From Acidobacteriota bacterium (lineage in GTDB: Bacteria > Acidobacteriota > UBA6911): a stretch of DNA of 64,000 bases. The notes under the pieces were generated by a model. The model did not search any database and was not told the origin of the DNA. It saw only the letters and a list, made by a program, of their open reading frames with translations. Positions 9,373 to 19,642 of this stretch are shown in pieces. The stretch spans positions 1,918 to 65,917 of the forward strand of contig JAAYAM010000050.1 of the NCBI GenBank assembly GCA_012719355.1, in the 5' to 3' direction. Each line of letters begins with the position of its first letter. Position 1 is the first letter of the stretch. Made by a program: the position numbers and the translations under genes.

Positions 9373-10941
9373 TTACCTGATTGCGCCCGTTTCGGCAGGT
9401 TGAGGCATGTCGGCAAGTTTCGTTTTGTTGTAGTCAATCCGAACCCGCTCGACTATTGCATTCACAGGCTCGTCCAGGTACTTCGTAAAGAAGCTCGGAT
9501 AGATTCCGATCCAGAAAGCCAGGATGATCAGGGGGACGAAGGTCGCCAGTTCTCTCATATTCAGGTCCGGAAGCGCTTTGTTGAGAGGATTCTCGAGTTT
9601 CCCGAACATGACGCGCTGATAGAGCCACAGCATGTAGGCGGCGCCCAACACAATCCCAACAACCGCGATCGCTGCATAAATCCACAGCCCGGGCGCGGCG
9701 AAGGTGCCCTGCAGAATGAAGAACTCTCCGATAAACCCGTTCAGTCCGGGCATGCCGATCGAACTCAGCGTCATTATGAGGAAGACGGTGGCGTAAATCG
9801 GCATGATATGGCTGAGTCCGCCGTATTCGGAAATCAGCCTGGTATGGCGCCGTTCGTAGAGTATTCCAACGATAAGGAACAGTGCGCCGGTGGAGATGCC
9901 GTGGTTGATCATCTGCAGGATCCCTCCCTGCAGTGCGACCGGCGTGGCGGCGAAAACGCCGAGCATCACGAAACCGAGGTGACTGACCGAGGAGTACGCC
10001 ACGAGCGATTTCATGTCTTTCTGCATCAGGGCCACGAGTCCGCCATAGATGATCCCGATCAGCGACAGAATCAGCAGCGGCTTCAGGAAGTGCATTGTAG
10101 CCCAGGGAAACATCGGCAGCGAGAAGCGGACGAAGCCGTACGTCCCCATCTTCAGGAGCACGCCGGCCAGAATCACGGAACCCGCGGTTGGAGCCTCGAC
10201 ATGCGCGTCAGGAAGCCAGGTATGGAACGGGAACATCGGGACCTTGATCGCAAAGCCGATGAAGAATGCAAGGAAGACCCACCACTGCAGATCGGTCGGG
10301 AAGCCGAGCTTCTGGAATCCGACGATATCGAACGAATAGATCCCGGTGACGCTGTACTGGTAGAAGTAAATTGCCAGAATCCCGACCAGCATCAGGACCG
10401 AGCCGGCCAGCGTATACAGGAAGAACTTGATCGCGGCATAGAGCTTTCGCGGTCCGCCCCACACGCCGATGAGGAAATACATCGGGACCAGCATGATCTC
10501 CCAGAACACGTAGAACACGAGGAAATCCATGGCCATGAACACGCCGAGCATGCCTGTCTGGAGCAGGAGCATGAAAGCGTAATACTCTTTCACACGCTCT
10601 TTGATCGCCGTCCACGACGAGAGTATTGCGATGGATCCGAGCAACGTCGTCAGCAGCACAAGCAGCATGCTGATACCGTCGATCCCGAACTTGTAGTTGG
10701 CGCCGATCTGCGTGATCCATGCGCGGTCAAAGACGAATCTGTATCCGTCAGGGCTGATGAAACGAGGGTCATTGAAAGAAGTCAGGAGCGGGATGGAAAC
10801 CAGGAACCCGAGAAAAGCGGTTATGTTGGCGATCCATCTGATCGTGTTCTCGTTCTCCCGCTTTGTGAACATAATTACTATCAAGCCCACGATCGGGAGA
10901 TAGCAGACTATGTTCAGAATGTTGTCCATGAAAAAGCCCAT
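9373..10941 (-). CDS. nuoM: NADH-quinone oxidoreductase subunit M (complex I antiporter-like subunit)
   Basis: NuoM signature FPFHTWLPDAHVEAPTAGSVILAGVLLKMGTYGFVRF. The start is chosen at the ATG preceded by AAGGAG (MGFFMDNIL); the ORF track extends 18 codons further upstream. Confidence 0.85.
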   Translation of the reverse strand: MGFFMDNILNIVCYLPIVGLIVIMFTKRENENTIRWIANITAFLGFLVSIPLLTSFNDPRFISPDGYRFVFDRAWITQIGANYKFGIDGISMLLVLLTTLLGSIAILSSWTAIKERVKEYYAFMLLLQTGMLGVFMAMDFLVFYVFWEIMLVPMYFLIGVWGGPRKLYAAIKFFLYTLAGSVLMLVGILAIYFYQYSVTGIYSFDIVGFQKLGFPTDLQWWVFLAFFIGFAIKVPMFPFHTWLPDAHVEAPTAGSVILAGVLLKMGTYGFVRFSLPMFPWATMHFLKPLLILSLIGIIYGGLVALMQKDMKSLVAYSSVSHLGFVMLGVFAATPVALQGGILQMINHGISTGALFLIVGILYERRHTRLISEYGGLSHIMPIYATVFLIMTLSSIGMPGLNGFIGEFFILQGTFAAPGLWIYAAIAVVGIVLGAAYMLWLYQRVMFGKLENPLNKALPDLNMRELATFVPLIILAFWIGIYPSFFTKYLDEPVNAIVERVRIDYNKTKLADMPQPAETGAIR

Positions 10942-10975
10942 TTCCAACTCCTTGAGAAGGCCTTCCAGCCCTTGA

Positions 10976-13048
10976 TTATCCTGCGAGCTTGCCAAAAACG
11001 CTCAGCGCGTCGCTGTAAATCAGGATGAATACGATGATCCCGACAACCGCAAGAAGCGCGTACCGCTGCACCAGCCCGGTCTGAAACGCAGTCGCGATCC
11101 GGTTCAGGCGCATGTTGATCCACCCGACCAGGTTTACCAGCCCGTCAACTATGTAGGTGTCGAACAGTTTCGAAACAAACGATGTGCCGCGCGTTCCGGC
11201 GCCCACGAAATTGACCAGCCCGTCAACCAATTTCGAATCTATGAAGAAGAGCGCTCTTCCGGCATCTTTGGTCCGGTTCACAAACAGCGCATCGTACAGC
11301 TGGTCGACATAGTACTTGTTGTAGACCAGTGTGTAGAACCCTTTGATCTTTGCAGTCACCGCGCCGGCCGTCCCGGGCCTCAGGACGTAGAACCGGTAGG
11401 CGAGGAAAATGCCGGCCGCGGCAATCGCCACCGAAAGACCGGTGAAGAGAAGTTCCTGGGCAGCAGAGTGGTGAGCCGCGCTGTGCGATGCCTCGGGCAG
11501 CATGAGGATCGGCTCGAGGAAATGCTCAAACCTGTTCGCTATGCCAGTCCATGCGGGAAAACCGACGAATCCGCCGACGATCGACAGCACTGCCAGGGCG
11601 GCAAGCGGATAGACTACGCGCTTTGGAGACTCGTGGATGTGATGCCTGGTGTGTTCGTCCATCCGTTCTTTTCCCCAGAAGGTAAGGAACAGAAGCCTGA
11701 ACATGTAAAAAGCCGTCATCCCGGCACCGGCCCACAGAACAAACCATACAACCGGATGTCCATTGCTCCATGCTTTCCAGAGGATCTCGTCTTTGCTGAA
11801 GAAACCCGCCAGCGGCGGAATTCCTGCTATTGCGATGGTGCCGATCAGCATGGTCCGGTAGGTCCACGGGAGATACTTGCGCAGACCACCCATTTTCATC
11901 ATGTCCTGCTCATGGTGCATCGCCATGATGACGGAACCGGAGCCGAGGAACAGAAGCGCCTTGAAGAAGGCATGGGTCATCAGGTGGAACACTCCGCCGA
12001 CGAAGGCTCCGACACCGAGGGCGGCAAACATGTATCCCAGCTGACTCACGGTCGAATAGGCCAGAACGCGTTTGATATCGGTCTGGGCGAAACCGATTGT
12101 GGCGGCAAAGATCGCGGTCAGGGCGCCGATCACCGCAACGATCATCATGGCTTCGGGAGCCCGGCTGTACAGCGCATTGCTGCGGCAGACCATGTAAACG
12201 CCCGCGGTTACCATCGTGGCCGCATGGATCAGGGCGGATACCGGAGTCGGACCTTCCATGGCGTCAGGCAACCACACATATAGAGGGATCTGGGCGCTCT
12301 TGCCGCAGGCCCCGATGAAGAAGCAGACGGTTGCCCAGAAAAGGAACGTGTGTCCCGTCTCAACCGGCAACTGCGCAGCCTTGGCAAACACCTCTTCGAA
12401 GCGCAGCGAGCCGAAGTGAACGAAAATGAGCATCATGCCGAGGAGGAACCCCGCATCCCCGATGCGGTTCACGATAAATGCCTTCTTGCCCGCGTCTCCG
12501 GCGCTCTTCTTGTCGAAATAAAATCCGATCAGCAGATACGAGCAGAGACCCACACCTTCCCAGCCGACGAACATCATCACGTAGTTGTTTGCCAGAACCA
12601 GGGTGAGCATGGCAAACATGAAGAGGTTCAGGTATGCGAAGAACCTGTAGTAGCCGCTGTCATCCCACATATATCCGGTCGAATAGACGTGGATCAGGAA
12701 CCCGACCCCCGTCACCACCAGGATCATGACCGATGAAAGCGGATCGAGCTGAAACCCGCACGGGACCTCGAAACGGGCCATTCCCCCGTCCGCCAGAGGG
12801 AGAGAACCGCCGTTGAGCCAGGTGAACATGTCGATGGTAAACAGTTCCTTATGCTCAACCGCGAAAAGCTGATAGACCAGAACGACGCTCAATATGAATG
12901 CAAGCCCGACGGAAGCGAGAGCTATGGCTGAGACGATTCTCTTGTCGAGTTTTTCGCCCGTCGCTCTCAGTCTGAAGAGGCCGAGCAGACCGATAAGTGC
13001 ACTTCCGGCTAAGGGTAAAGTCGGTATCAACCAGATGTAATCAAGCAT
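10976..13048 (-). CDS. nuoL: NADH-quinone oxidoreductase subunit L
   Basis: NuoL signature GPTPVSALIHAATMVTAGVYMVCR, 690 aa including the long C-terminal helix region. Starts MLDYIWLIP. Confidence 0.9.
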   Translation of the reverse strand: MLDYIWLIPTLPLAGSALIGLLGLFRLRATGEKLDKRIVSAIALASVGLAFILSVVLVYQLFAVEHKELFTIDMFTWLNGGSLPLADGGMARFEVPCGFQLDPLSSVMILVVTGVGFLIHVYSTGYMWDDSGYYRFFAYLNLFMFAMLTLVLANNYVMMFVGWEGVGLCSYLLIGFYFDKKSAGDAGKKAFIVNRIGDAGFLLGMMLIFVHFGSLRFEEVFAKAAQLPVETGHTFLFWATVCFFIGACGKSAQIPLYVWLPDAMEGPTPVSALIHAATMVTAGVYMVCRSNALYSRAPEAMMIVAVIGALTAIFAATIGFAQTDIKRVLAYSTVSQLGYMFAALGVGAFVGGVFHLMTHAFFKALLFLGSGSVIMAMHHEQDMMKMGGLRKYLPWTYRTMLIGTIAIAGIPPLAGFFSKDEILWKAWSNGHPVVWFVLWAGAGMTAFYMFRLLFLTFWGKERMDEHTRHHIHESPKRVVYPLAALAVLSIVGGFVGFPAWTGIANRFEHFLEPILMLPEASHSAAHHSAAQELLFTGLSVAIAAAGIFLAYRFYVLRPGTAGAVTAKIKGFYTLVYNKYYVDQLYDALFVNRTKDAGRALFFIDSKLVDGLVNFVGAGTRGTSFVSKLFDTYIVDGLVNLVGWINMRLNRIATAFQTGLVQRYALLAVVGIIVFILIYSDALSVFGKLAG

Positions 13049-13236
13049 ATTTTCCGTCTATGGCCAGGGTATGTGAGATCTGCCGATTCGGCCGAGGAGA
13101 AATGATCCATGCAATCGCCACCAGCAGGTCTCTTGAATAAAGCGCCTCAGTGACTGAACAAGAAAGGACGCACTAGTAACATAGAGGACTCGAGATTGTC
13201 AATTTTTATGTTCCGTGGTCACACCTGCAGCCGGGC

Positions 13237-13860
13237 TTACCTGCGCTCCTTTGACCTCATTGCCTGAACGAGCAGATCGCGGTGAATCGCCTCAACCTGA
13301 TCCCGTGTCTGCCTCAGCGTCCCCGATGTGTCTATCGTAAAATCCGCAAGCTTGAGTTTTTCCTCGACCGGCATCTGGGAATCCATCCGTGCTTTTGCCT
13401 CAGCCTCGGTCAGGCCATCGCGCCTCATCAGGCGCGAAACCTGCAGCGCCGGATCGCAGATGACCACGATCAGCTTGTCGTACGACGTGTGGCTCCCCGT
13501 CTCAATGATCAGGGCGGCGTCGACAAGGATGATTCCGGCCGGCGAGGACTGTTCCAGTTCTTCGATGCGCCGGCTGATCTCGGCGGCCACGTCTTCATGC
13601 GTCAGGCGGTTGAGCAGCAGCCTCTTTTCCTCGTCGAAGAAGACCACCTGCCCGAGTTTCCTGCGGTCGATTTCCCGGTCGGGCCTGAGTATGGTTGCTC
13701 CGAAGGCCTTGACAATCTTTTCGTAAGTCGCGGTTCCGGGATTGAGCAGGTCATGGACCACGCGGTCGGCATCGATGACATGAGCCCCGAGTTCCGCAAA
13801 AAGAGATGCGGCGCAACTCTTGCCCGACGCTATATTCCCCGTCAGTCCGACGTGCAACAT
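13237..13860 (-). CDS. coaE: dephospho-CoA kinase
   Basis: P-loop GLTGNIASGKS and CoaE-like body, about 207 aa from the internal ATG (MLHVGLTG). The ORF track offers a longer N-extension. Confidence 0.8.
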   Translation of the reverse strand: MLHVGLTGNIASGKSCAASLFAELGAHVIDADRVVHDLLNPGTATYEKIVKAFGATILRPDREIDRRKLGQVVFFDEEKRLLLNRLTHEDVAAEISRRIEELEQSSPAGIILVDAALIIETGSHTSYDKLIVVICDPALQVSRLMRRDGLTEAEAKARMDSQMPVEEKLKLADFTIDTSGTLRQTRDQVEAIHRDLLVQAMRSKERR

Positions 13861-13963
13861 GCGCATCATCATATCACTTACAGCCATTGACTGTCCGGAC
13901 ATTTTTGGGATAGCTTTGAGTCACTTGATTGCACAACAGAAAACCTGAATCTGGAGATACATC

Positions 13964-14932
13964 ATGCGTGTCCTTATAACCGGCGGTGCAGGTTTCATTG
14001 CATTTCATCTCGCTAAGGCATTGCAGAAGAGGGGAGATGAGGTCGTTCTGCTCGACAATTTCAATGATTACTATGATCCGGAAATCAAGAGGCGGAATGT
14101 GGCAGATCTGCAGTCGTCGGGATACATGCCGCTTCACGTTGTCGACATCCTGGACCGGGACAGCATGGAAAAGGTTTTTGAGGACACCAGGCCCGAAACG
14201 GTCGTGCATCTGGCGGCATGGGCAGGCGTACGCCCTTCCATCGAGAAGCCCGAGCTTTACTCGGCCGTGAACGTTACCGGCACCGTGAATATGCTCGAGC
14301 TCGCGAAGAAATTCTCCACGGGCTGCTTCATATTCGGGTCTTCCTCGTCAGTGTACGGCGGGAACACCAAGGTTCCCTTCTCTGAAGACGATCCGGTTGA
14401 CAGGCCGGTTTCGCCGTATGCCGCGACGAAGAGGGCGGGAGAGCTTCTCTGCCACACCTACGCGCACAATTTCTCGATGCATATCACCTGCCTCCGTTTT
14501 TTCACGGTCTACGGGCCCAGGCAGCGTCCCGAGATGGCGATACACAAGTTCGCCCGGCTGATGTATGACGGCAAGGAGATTCCCGTGTACGGCAAAGGCG
14601 ATTCCAGGCGCGATTACACGTATGTCGAAGACATAGTCTCGGGAATAATCGGTGCTGTCGACGCCAATCACCCGTTCGAGATCGTGAATCTGGGAGAATC
14701 GCAGACCATAACTCTGCTCGAGATGATCACGTGCCTCGAAGAGGCGCTCGAAAAGAAAGCCCGCCTCCGTTTCCTGCCCGACCAGCCGGGGGACATGGAA
14801 GTCACGTACGCGGATATAAGCAGGGCGCGACGGGCCCTCGGCTATGATCCAAAGACGCCCTTCAGGGAAGGTATCAGCCGGTTTGCGGAATGGTTCAAGA
14901 GCAATCAAAGCAGGACCGCCGGTTCCTGCTGA
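13964..14932 (+). CDS. NAD-dependent epimerase/dehydratase (extended SDR); UDP-glucuronate/UDP-sugar 4-epimerase-like
   Basis: TGGAGFIAFHL Rossmann motif, a YxxxK catalytic region, 322 aa. Confidence 0.75.
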   Translation: MRVLITGGAGFIAFHLAKALQKRGDEVVLLDNFNDYYDPEIKRRNVADLQSSGYMPLHVVDILDRDSMEKVFEDTRPETVVHLAAWAGVRPSIEKPELYSAVNVTGTVNMLELAKKFSTGCFIFGSSSSVYGGNTKVPFSEDDPVDRPVSPYAATKRAGELLCHTYAHNFSMHITCLRFFTVYGPRQRPEMAIHKFARLMYDGKEIPVYGKGDSRRDYTYVEDIVSGIIGAVDANHPFEIVNLGESQTITLLEMITCLEEALEKKARLRFLPDQPGDMEVTYADISRARRALGYDPKTPFREGISRFAEWFKSNQSRTAGSC

Positions 14933-14936
14933 GCGG

Positions 14937-15902
14937 TTACTCCAGATCGGCGATGACTATCGAGTTCGAGAGTTCATTCACGACATAGACGGTACGGCTG
15001 TCGGGACTGACCTCGACATCGGTGGGACCTTTCTCGACCGCGAAGGTCTCGATTTCAAGGCTGCTGAGATCAGCCGGTATGATTGACACGTTGCGCGATT
15101 CGTTGTTCACCACGAAGACACGCTTGCCGTCGGGGCTTACCGCGACGCCAAAAGGCATCTTCCCTATCGGGATCGTTATCAGTACGCTCATCAGCTGGGT
15201 ATCGATCACCGACAGATCGCCTGTCCGGCTGTTGGCGACAAAAGCGCGCTTCCCGTCAGGAGTGATCGCTATTCCATCCGGGGCTTCTCCCACCGCAATC
15301 TTCTGAACAACCTCACTCTTCTCCGGATCGACGACCCAGACTTCATTGTCCCCTCCCACGACGACAAAAACATGTTCAGTCACCGGGGAGACCGCCAGCG
15401 CGAAGGGCGCGGTTCCCATCTGGACGCTGCCAAGCAGGCTTCGGTCGCGCACGTCTATTATGTGCAGCCATCCCTCACGGCTGCGTCCATATGCTGAAAC
15501 ATACGCGCGATATCCCCGCGGCCCGACGGCAACCGAATTAGGCTGCCCCACAACCCTGACATCGGCCGTCACCCTGAACGCCTCGAGATCCACAAAGGTG
15601 ACCGTACCGGAATCCTTGCAGGCGATGACTGCGGTCCTGCCCATGTCGGTGATCGCCAGCCCCAGGGGAGAGGATCCGACCTTTACGCTTCGCGTGACCA
15701 CTTTCTTTGCAGGATCGACTGCCAGCAGTTCGTTTGTGCCGTAAGACGTCGCGTACAGGGTGGAACCATCGGGACTGAGAGCGATGAAATTGGGAGACAC
15801 CCCCACTTTTCTGATTCTTGAAGTCTTGATCTGATTGCCGAAGGCCGGCGGAAGGAAGAGCAGAAATGCGAGTATCAGTAGAATGCCCTTCGGTTTTCTC
15901 AT
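14937..15902 (-). CDS. secreted YVTN-family beta-propeller repeat protein
   Basis: Signal peptide (MRKPKGILLILAFLLFLPPAFG) followed by repeated about 40-aa units with V..D/Y motifs (e.g. TVYVVN, RVFVVNN, RAFVANS). An AGGAG RBS sits before the second ATG. Confidence 0.6.
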   Translation of the reverse strand: MRKPKGILLILAFLLFLPPAFGNQIKTSRIRKVGVSPNFIALSPDGSTLYATSYGTNELLAVDPAKKVVTRSVKVGSSPLGLAITDMGRTAVIACKDSGTVTFVDLEAFRVTADVRVVGQPNSVAVGPRGYRAYVSAYGRSREGWLHIIDVRDRSLLGSVQMGTAPFALAVSPVTEHVFVVVGGDNEVWVVDPEKSEVVQKIAVGEAPDGIAITPDGKRAFVANSRTGDLSVIDTQLMSVLITIPIGKMPFGVAVSPDGKRVFVVNNESRNVSIIPADLSSLEIETFAVEKGPTDVEVSPDSRTVYVVNELSNSIVIADLE

Positions 15903-15916
15903 GGCAACTCCTAGCC

Positions 15917-16660
15917 TCATTTCGTGGCCGCGATCAGGCTGAAAACGCCGGAATGAGGTGATGCGGGAACGTTCAAGCCCTGGATCAGGACCTGTTGAAA
16001 TCCCGCCTTGAAAAACAGGCCGATAACTTCCTCCCGATCATAGTATACGGCACGCGCTTCGATGAAGTTCTTTTGAATGAACTGAAGGTGTATTCGCCTC
16101 CAGATTCGGGAGAGAGACCTTCGTCCGGACTTCGGTTCCAGTAAATCCGCAACGATCAAATTTCCTTCAGGCGCCAGAATCCTGAACGCTTCCGCCAGAT
16201 ACTGCTCCGCGGGGTGGCGGTGAAGGTCGAAAACCGACACTGCCAGATCGGCGAATCCATCCGGAATCGGCAGGCTCGGTTCCTGGAAATGCCTGAATTC
16301 GACTGCCTGCTGCAGATCAAGGTGAAGAGCGCGCTGCTTCGCCCTTTCGAGCAGTGTCACATTTGTGTCGTACGAGTATATCCGCCCGGGAAATGCCTTG
16401 CGCCCCGCCAGCCGCAGAGCAAAAGTCGCGGTATCGGTGAGGAGGTCGACCACCTTCAGTTTTCTCATGCTGACCACGAAATCGACGATCTGATCCATGG
16501 CAACGTAATAGTCGAGTCCGGTTCTCCACTGGAAAAACCGCGCAACTCCCTCTTCATAGGTATCGATTCCGGCGGGCAGGCGCGAGACAAATGGACGCGG
16601 CTGGGACGGGGAAAAATCGAACTTCTTCTGTGCATCGCGCGGAGGAGTTACGCTCTTCAC
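15917..16660 (-). CDS. class I SAM-dependent methyltransferase-like protein
   Basis: Methyltransferase-like central region (VVDLLTDTATFALRLA...ILAPEGNLIVADL). It lies 15 bp upstream of the YVTN protein gene on the same strand. Confidence 0.45.
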   Translation of the reverse strand: MKSVTPPRDAQKKFDFSPSQPRPFVSRLPAGIDTYEEGVARFFQWRTGLDYYVAMDQIVDFVVSMRKLKVVDLLTDTATFALRLAGRKAFPGRIYSYDTNVTLLERAKQRALHLDLQQAVEFRHFQEPSLPIPDGFADLAVSVFDLHRHPAEQYLAEAFRILAPEGNLIVADLLEPKSGRRSLSRIWRRIHLQFIQKNFIEARAVYYDREEVIGLFFKAGFQQVLIQGLNVPASPHSGVFSLIAATK

Positions 16661-16713
16661 TCGTATCGACCGATATCAATTCCTGAATTGCACATGCCCT
16701 GCAAACTGATACT

Positions 16714-18309
16714 TCATTCCTTGAGCCGGTAAAGACGGAAATGTTCGGTTTTCAGGGCGAGAGAATATCCGGCTGCCCACTCCGGGTCAACCTCGAGCTT
16801 TTTCGATATTGCATCACCGTTTTCCGAGCACAACCATCCGACCTCGCCGGCGGGATTGTTCAAAGCCCGGTGCCAGAGCTTTTCGCCGCCCTCATTATAG
16901 ATGAATTCCCTCACGTTTAATCCTGAATCGTACACCAGCGGAGCCTGTCTCCCCATATCGATAAGGATTTTGGTTCCATCATAGTTACGTCCGATGTACT
17001 GCATCACCTGCGCCCGTTCGGGTTCGATGAATTCATGTTCCAATGTCTCAGCCATCATCGGCCGGTTCTCCCTTGCTAGGGGAGGGATCTGCATCCCCAG
17101 AACACAGACGAGCGGCAGCATCCATTCGTAGTGCCTCTTCGACCGCGCAATCAGGAAGAGAATCAGGCCTGTCGCGGGCAACAGAACGGCTCCTGGCCCG
17201 GGACGAAGCTTGATGCCGTAAAACCAGGACAACCACGGAAGAATCATCATGATGAGCAGCACTGCGAGAAAAGCCCGTTTCTTTGCCATCCGCGAATTGA
17301 CGGCGAGGCTGCCGAAGACGGCCACGGCAGGGATCAGCAGCACCGAGTAACGCAGCCGGTAGATCAATCCCCAGTAAAGAGCGGCGATGTTGATCACCGA
17401 TGGGAGCCACAGAAGAAGAAGCGGCGCGCGATATCGCAATTCCTTTCGCTGCCTGAAGAAGATGATCAAGCCGAAGGCGGCGACGGCCAGCGGGATCAGT
17501 GCGGCCATCTGGGAAAGTTCTCCAAGATGGTAGACGAACGAAAGGAGAGGACGCTTGAACGTTACGTATGGATCGGCCCTCCCCTGCGCAACCCGCAGGA
17601 AGAAAACGTCTCCAAGCCGGTAATAAATGTATCCGAAGTGAGCAGCTGCCGGGATGATGAAGACGGAGAAGAAAACGGCCGCCGCCCTGACTACTCTGCG
17701 CCTCGGCTGATATCCCGTGAGAAAATCATAAAGGAGCAGCAGAAACACCCCGGCCGCTACGAACCAGCCTTCATAGCGGCAGAGGGCGCCGAGTGACACC
17801 CACGTTGCGGCAACCCACGGCAGGCTCTGACCGTCCGATTCGCGCCAGGAGATGAGGCTGTCGACTCCCAGCAGCAGGAGCATCATGTACAAAGGTTCCG
17901 TCAGGGGACAGCTCTGCAGGTATCCCAGATTCGGGTTCGCCATCAGGATCACGGCGGCAAATGCCCCCGACGCGATAGAACCGGTGACGCGGTAGGAAAT
18001 TCTGTAGGTGAGCCATACCGACACTGCGAATGACACGACCGAAATAAGGCTTGGCAGCAAGCCCGAACGGTACTGTGATTCAAACAGAACTAACGGGAGG
18101 TAAATCAGATGTATCAGGGGGAGCCAGTGCGCCCCCATCTGGGCGTAGCCCGGCTCGAGAGAATCGACGATCCGGCGCGCGACAAGAAGGTGGGCCTTCG
18201 CGTCATAGTGGGCGACTGTAAGCTGATGCGCGTAGTAATAGATGAAACAGACCGCTCCTGTGACCAGACCGGCGACGAATATGAGGCGCGAGACTTTCTT
18301 ATTCCCCAT
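16714..18309 (-). CDS. polytopic membrane glycosyltransferase, GT-C fold (ArnT/PMT-like), with C-terminal soluble domain
   Basis: About 11 predicted TM helices. The first extracytoplasmic loop has conserved acidic/His residues (HYDAKAHLLVARRIVDS). The C-terminal about 140 aa are hydrophilic. Confidence 0.5.
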   Translation of the reverse strand: MGNKKVSRLIFVAGLVTGAVCFIYYYAHQLTVAHYDAKAHLLVARRIVDSLEPGYAQMGAHWLPLIHLIYLPLVLFESQYRSGLLPSLISVVSFAVSVWLTYRISYRVTGSIASGAFAAVILMANPNLGYLQSCPLTEPLYMMLLLLGVDSLISWRESDGQSLPWVAATWVSLGALCRYEGWFVAAGVFLLLLYDFLTGYQPRRRVVRAAAVFFSVFIIPAAAHFGYIYYRLGDVFFLRVAQGRADPYVTFKRPLLSFVYHLGELSQMAALIPLAVAAFGLIIFFRQRKELRYRAPLLLLWLPSVINIAALYWGLIYRLRYSVLLIPAVAVFGSLAVNSRMAKKRAFLAVLLIMMILPWLSWFYGIKLRPGPGAVLLPATGLILFLIARSKRHYEWMLPLVCVLGMQIPPLARENRPMMAETLEHEFIEPERAQVMQYIGRNYDGTKILIDMGRQAPLVYDSGLNVREFIYNEGGEKLWHRALNNPAGEVGWLCSENGDAISKKLEVDPEWAAGYSLALKTEHFRLYRLKE

Positions 18310-18329
18310 TTTATCCAGTTCGCCCTGCG

Positions 18330-19622
18330 TCAGGGATAGATTCTGTAGAGCATGCGCGGGAACGCGATCGCTTCACGAAGGTGGCTCAATCCGCAGATCC
18401 AGGAGACCACTCTCTCGATGCCCATCCCGAAACCCGCATGCGGAACCGTCCCGTACTTGCGCAGGTCCAAGTACCACTGGAACGGCTCGGTCGACAGGTT
18501 GTGATCCTTCAGCCGTTTCAACAGCAGATCGTGATCGTGAATACGCTCTCCTCCCCCGATAATTTCGCCGTATCCCTCGGGAGCGAGCATATCGACGCAC
18601 AGCGCCAGTTCCTGACGCACAGGATCCGGCTGCATGTAAAACGCTTTCACTGCGGCAGGGTAGCGGTGCACCATCACTGGAGACGTATATTGCTCCGACA
18701 GAATCGTCTCATCTCCTCCTCCGAAATCCCCGCCCCACTGGATCTCCGATCCGGCTTTCTGCATCTTCTCAACAGCTTCGTCATAGCTGACGCGCGGGAA
18801 AGGACGGGCGATTCCCTCCAGCGGCGCGAGATTACGCTCCAGGGTTTCGAGTTCGGCTTTCCGGCGCATCAAGACTCGCTCAATCACCGAGCAGATGAGC
18901 CCTTCCGCGAGATCCATGATATCGTCGAGGGTCGCAAAAGCGACCTCGGGCTCCACCATCCAGAATTCCATCAGATGCCTGCGCGTCTTCGATCTCTCGG
19001 CCCGGAATGTCGGCCCGAAACAGTAGACTTTCCCGAAGGCGGCCGCAGTCGCTTCGTTGTATAGCTGTCCGCTCTGGGTAAGGTAGGCGGTTTGATCGAA
19101 GTACTCGGTCTGGAATAGGGTGGTCGTTCCCTCGCACGCATTTGGAGTAAATATCGGGGTATCGACGAGAATGAAGCCCAGGTCATCGAAGTAATCCCGG
19201 CATGCCTTGATTACTTCGTGGCGGATTCTGAGAATCGCATGCTGCCTCGAACTCCTCAGCCACAGATGCCGGTTCTCCATGAGGAAAGCCGTTCCATGTT
19301 CTTTAGGAGTGATGGGATAGTTCTCCGTCACCTGAATTATGTTGAATCCGGTCACATCGAGTTCATAGCCGCCACGGGCACGAGAGTCTTTCCGCACCTT
19401 TCCGGTGATCTCGACGCTCGATTCCTGGGTCAGCCGGTCGAGGGCCTCGAACTGCTCCGGCGAAAAGTTCCCCTTGAATGCCACGCACTGGATAATTCCG
19501 GTCCCGTCGCGCAGCAGAATGAACTGCAGCTTGCCGCTGCTCCTCTTGTTGTAGACCCACCCGCGGACCGTTACTTCGCTCCCTTCGTGTGCCCCGACAT
19601 CCTCGACATATACGCCCTTCAT
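18330..19622 (-). CDS. asnS: asparagine--tRNA ligase
   Basis: Class IIb aaRS with N-terminal OB fold and motifs 1-3 (FRAERS...[10 protein letters not shown]). Length 430 aa is typical of AsnS rather than AspS. Confidence 0.85.
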   Translation of the reverse strand: MKGVYVEDVGAHEGSEVTVRGWVYNKRSSGKLQFILLRDGTGIIQCVAFKGNFSPEQFEALDRLTQESSVEITGKVRKDSRARGGYELDVTGFNIIQVTENYPITPKEHGTAFLMENRHLWLRSSRQHAILRIRHEVIKACRDYFDDLGFILVDTPIFTPNACEGTTTLFQTEYFDQTAYLTQSGQLYNEATAAAFGKVYCFGPTFRAERSKTRRHLMEFWMVEPEVAFATLDDIMDLAEGLICSVIERVLMRRKAELETLERNLAPLEGIARPFPRVSYDEAVEKMQKAGSEIQWGGDFGGGDETILSEQYTSPVMVHRYPAAVKAFYMQPDPVRQELALCVDMLAPEGYGEIIGGGERIHDHDLLLKRLKDHNLSTEPFQWYLDLRKYGTVPHAGFGMGIERVVSWICGLSHLREAIAFPRMLYRIYP

Positions 19623-19642
19623 GTCTTTCCTCCAGTGCCGGT

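Noticed and set aside
8935-11028. 697-aa ORF on the + strand
   Set aside because: It is antisense to nuoM/nuoL. The composition is R/H/D/E/Q-rich and low-complexity with no motifs. It is a typical high-GC antisense artefact opposite strongly conserved genes.
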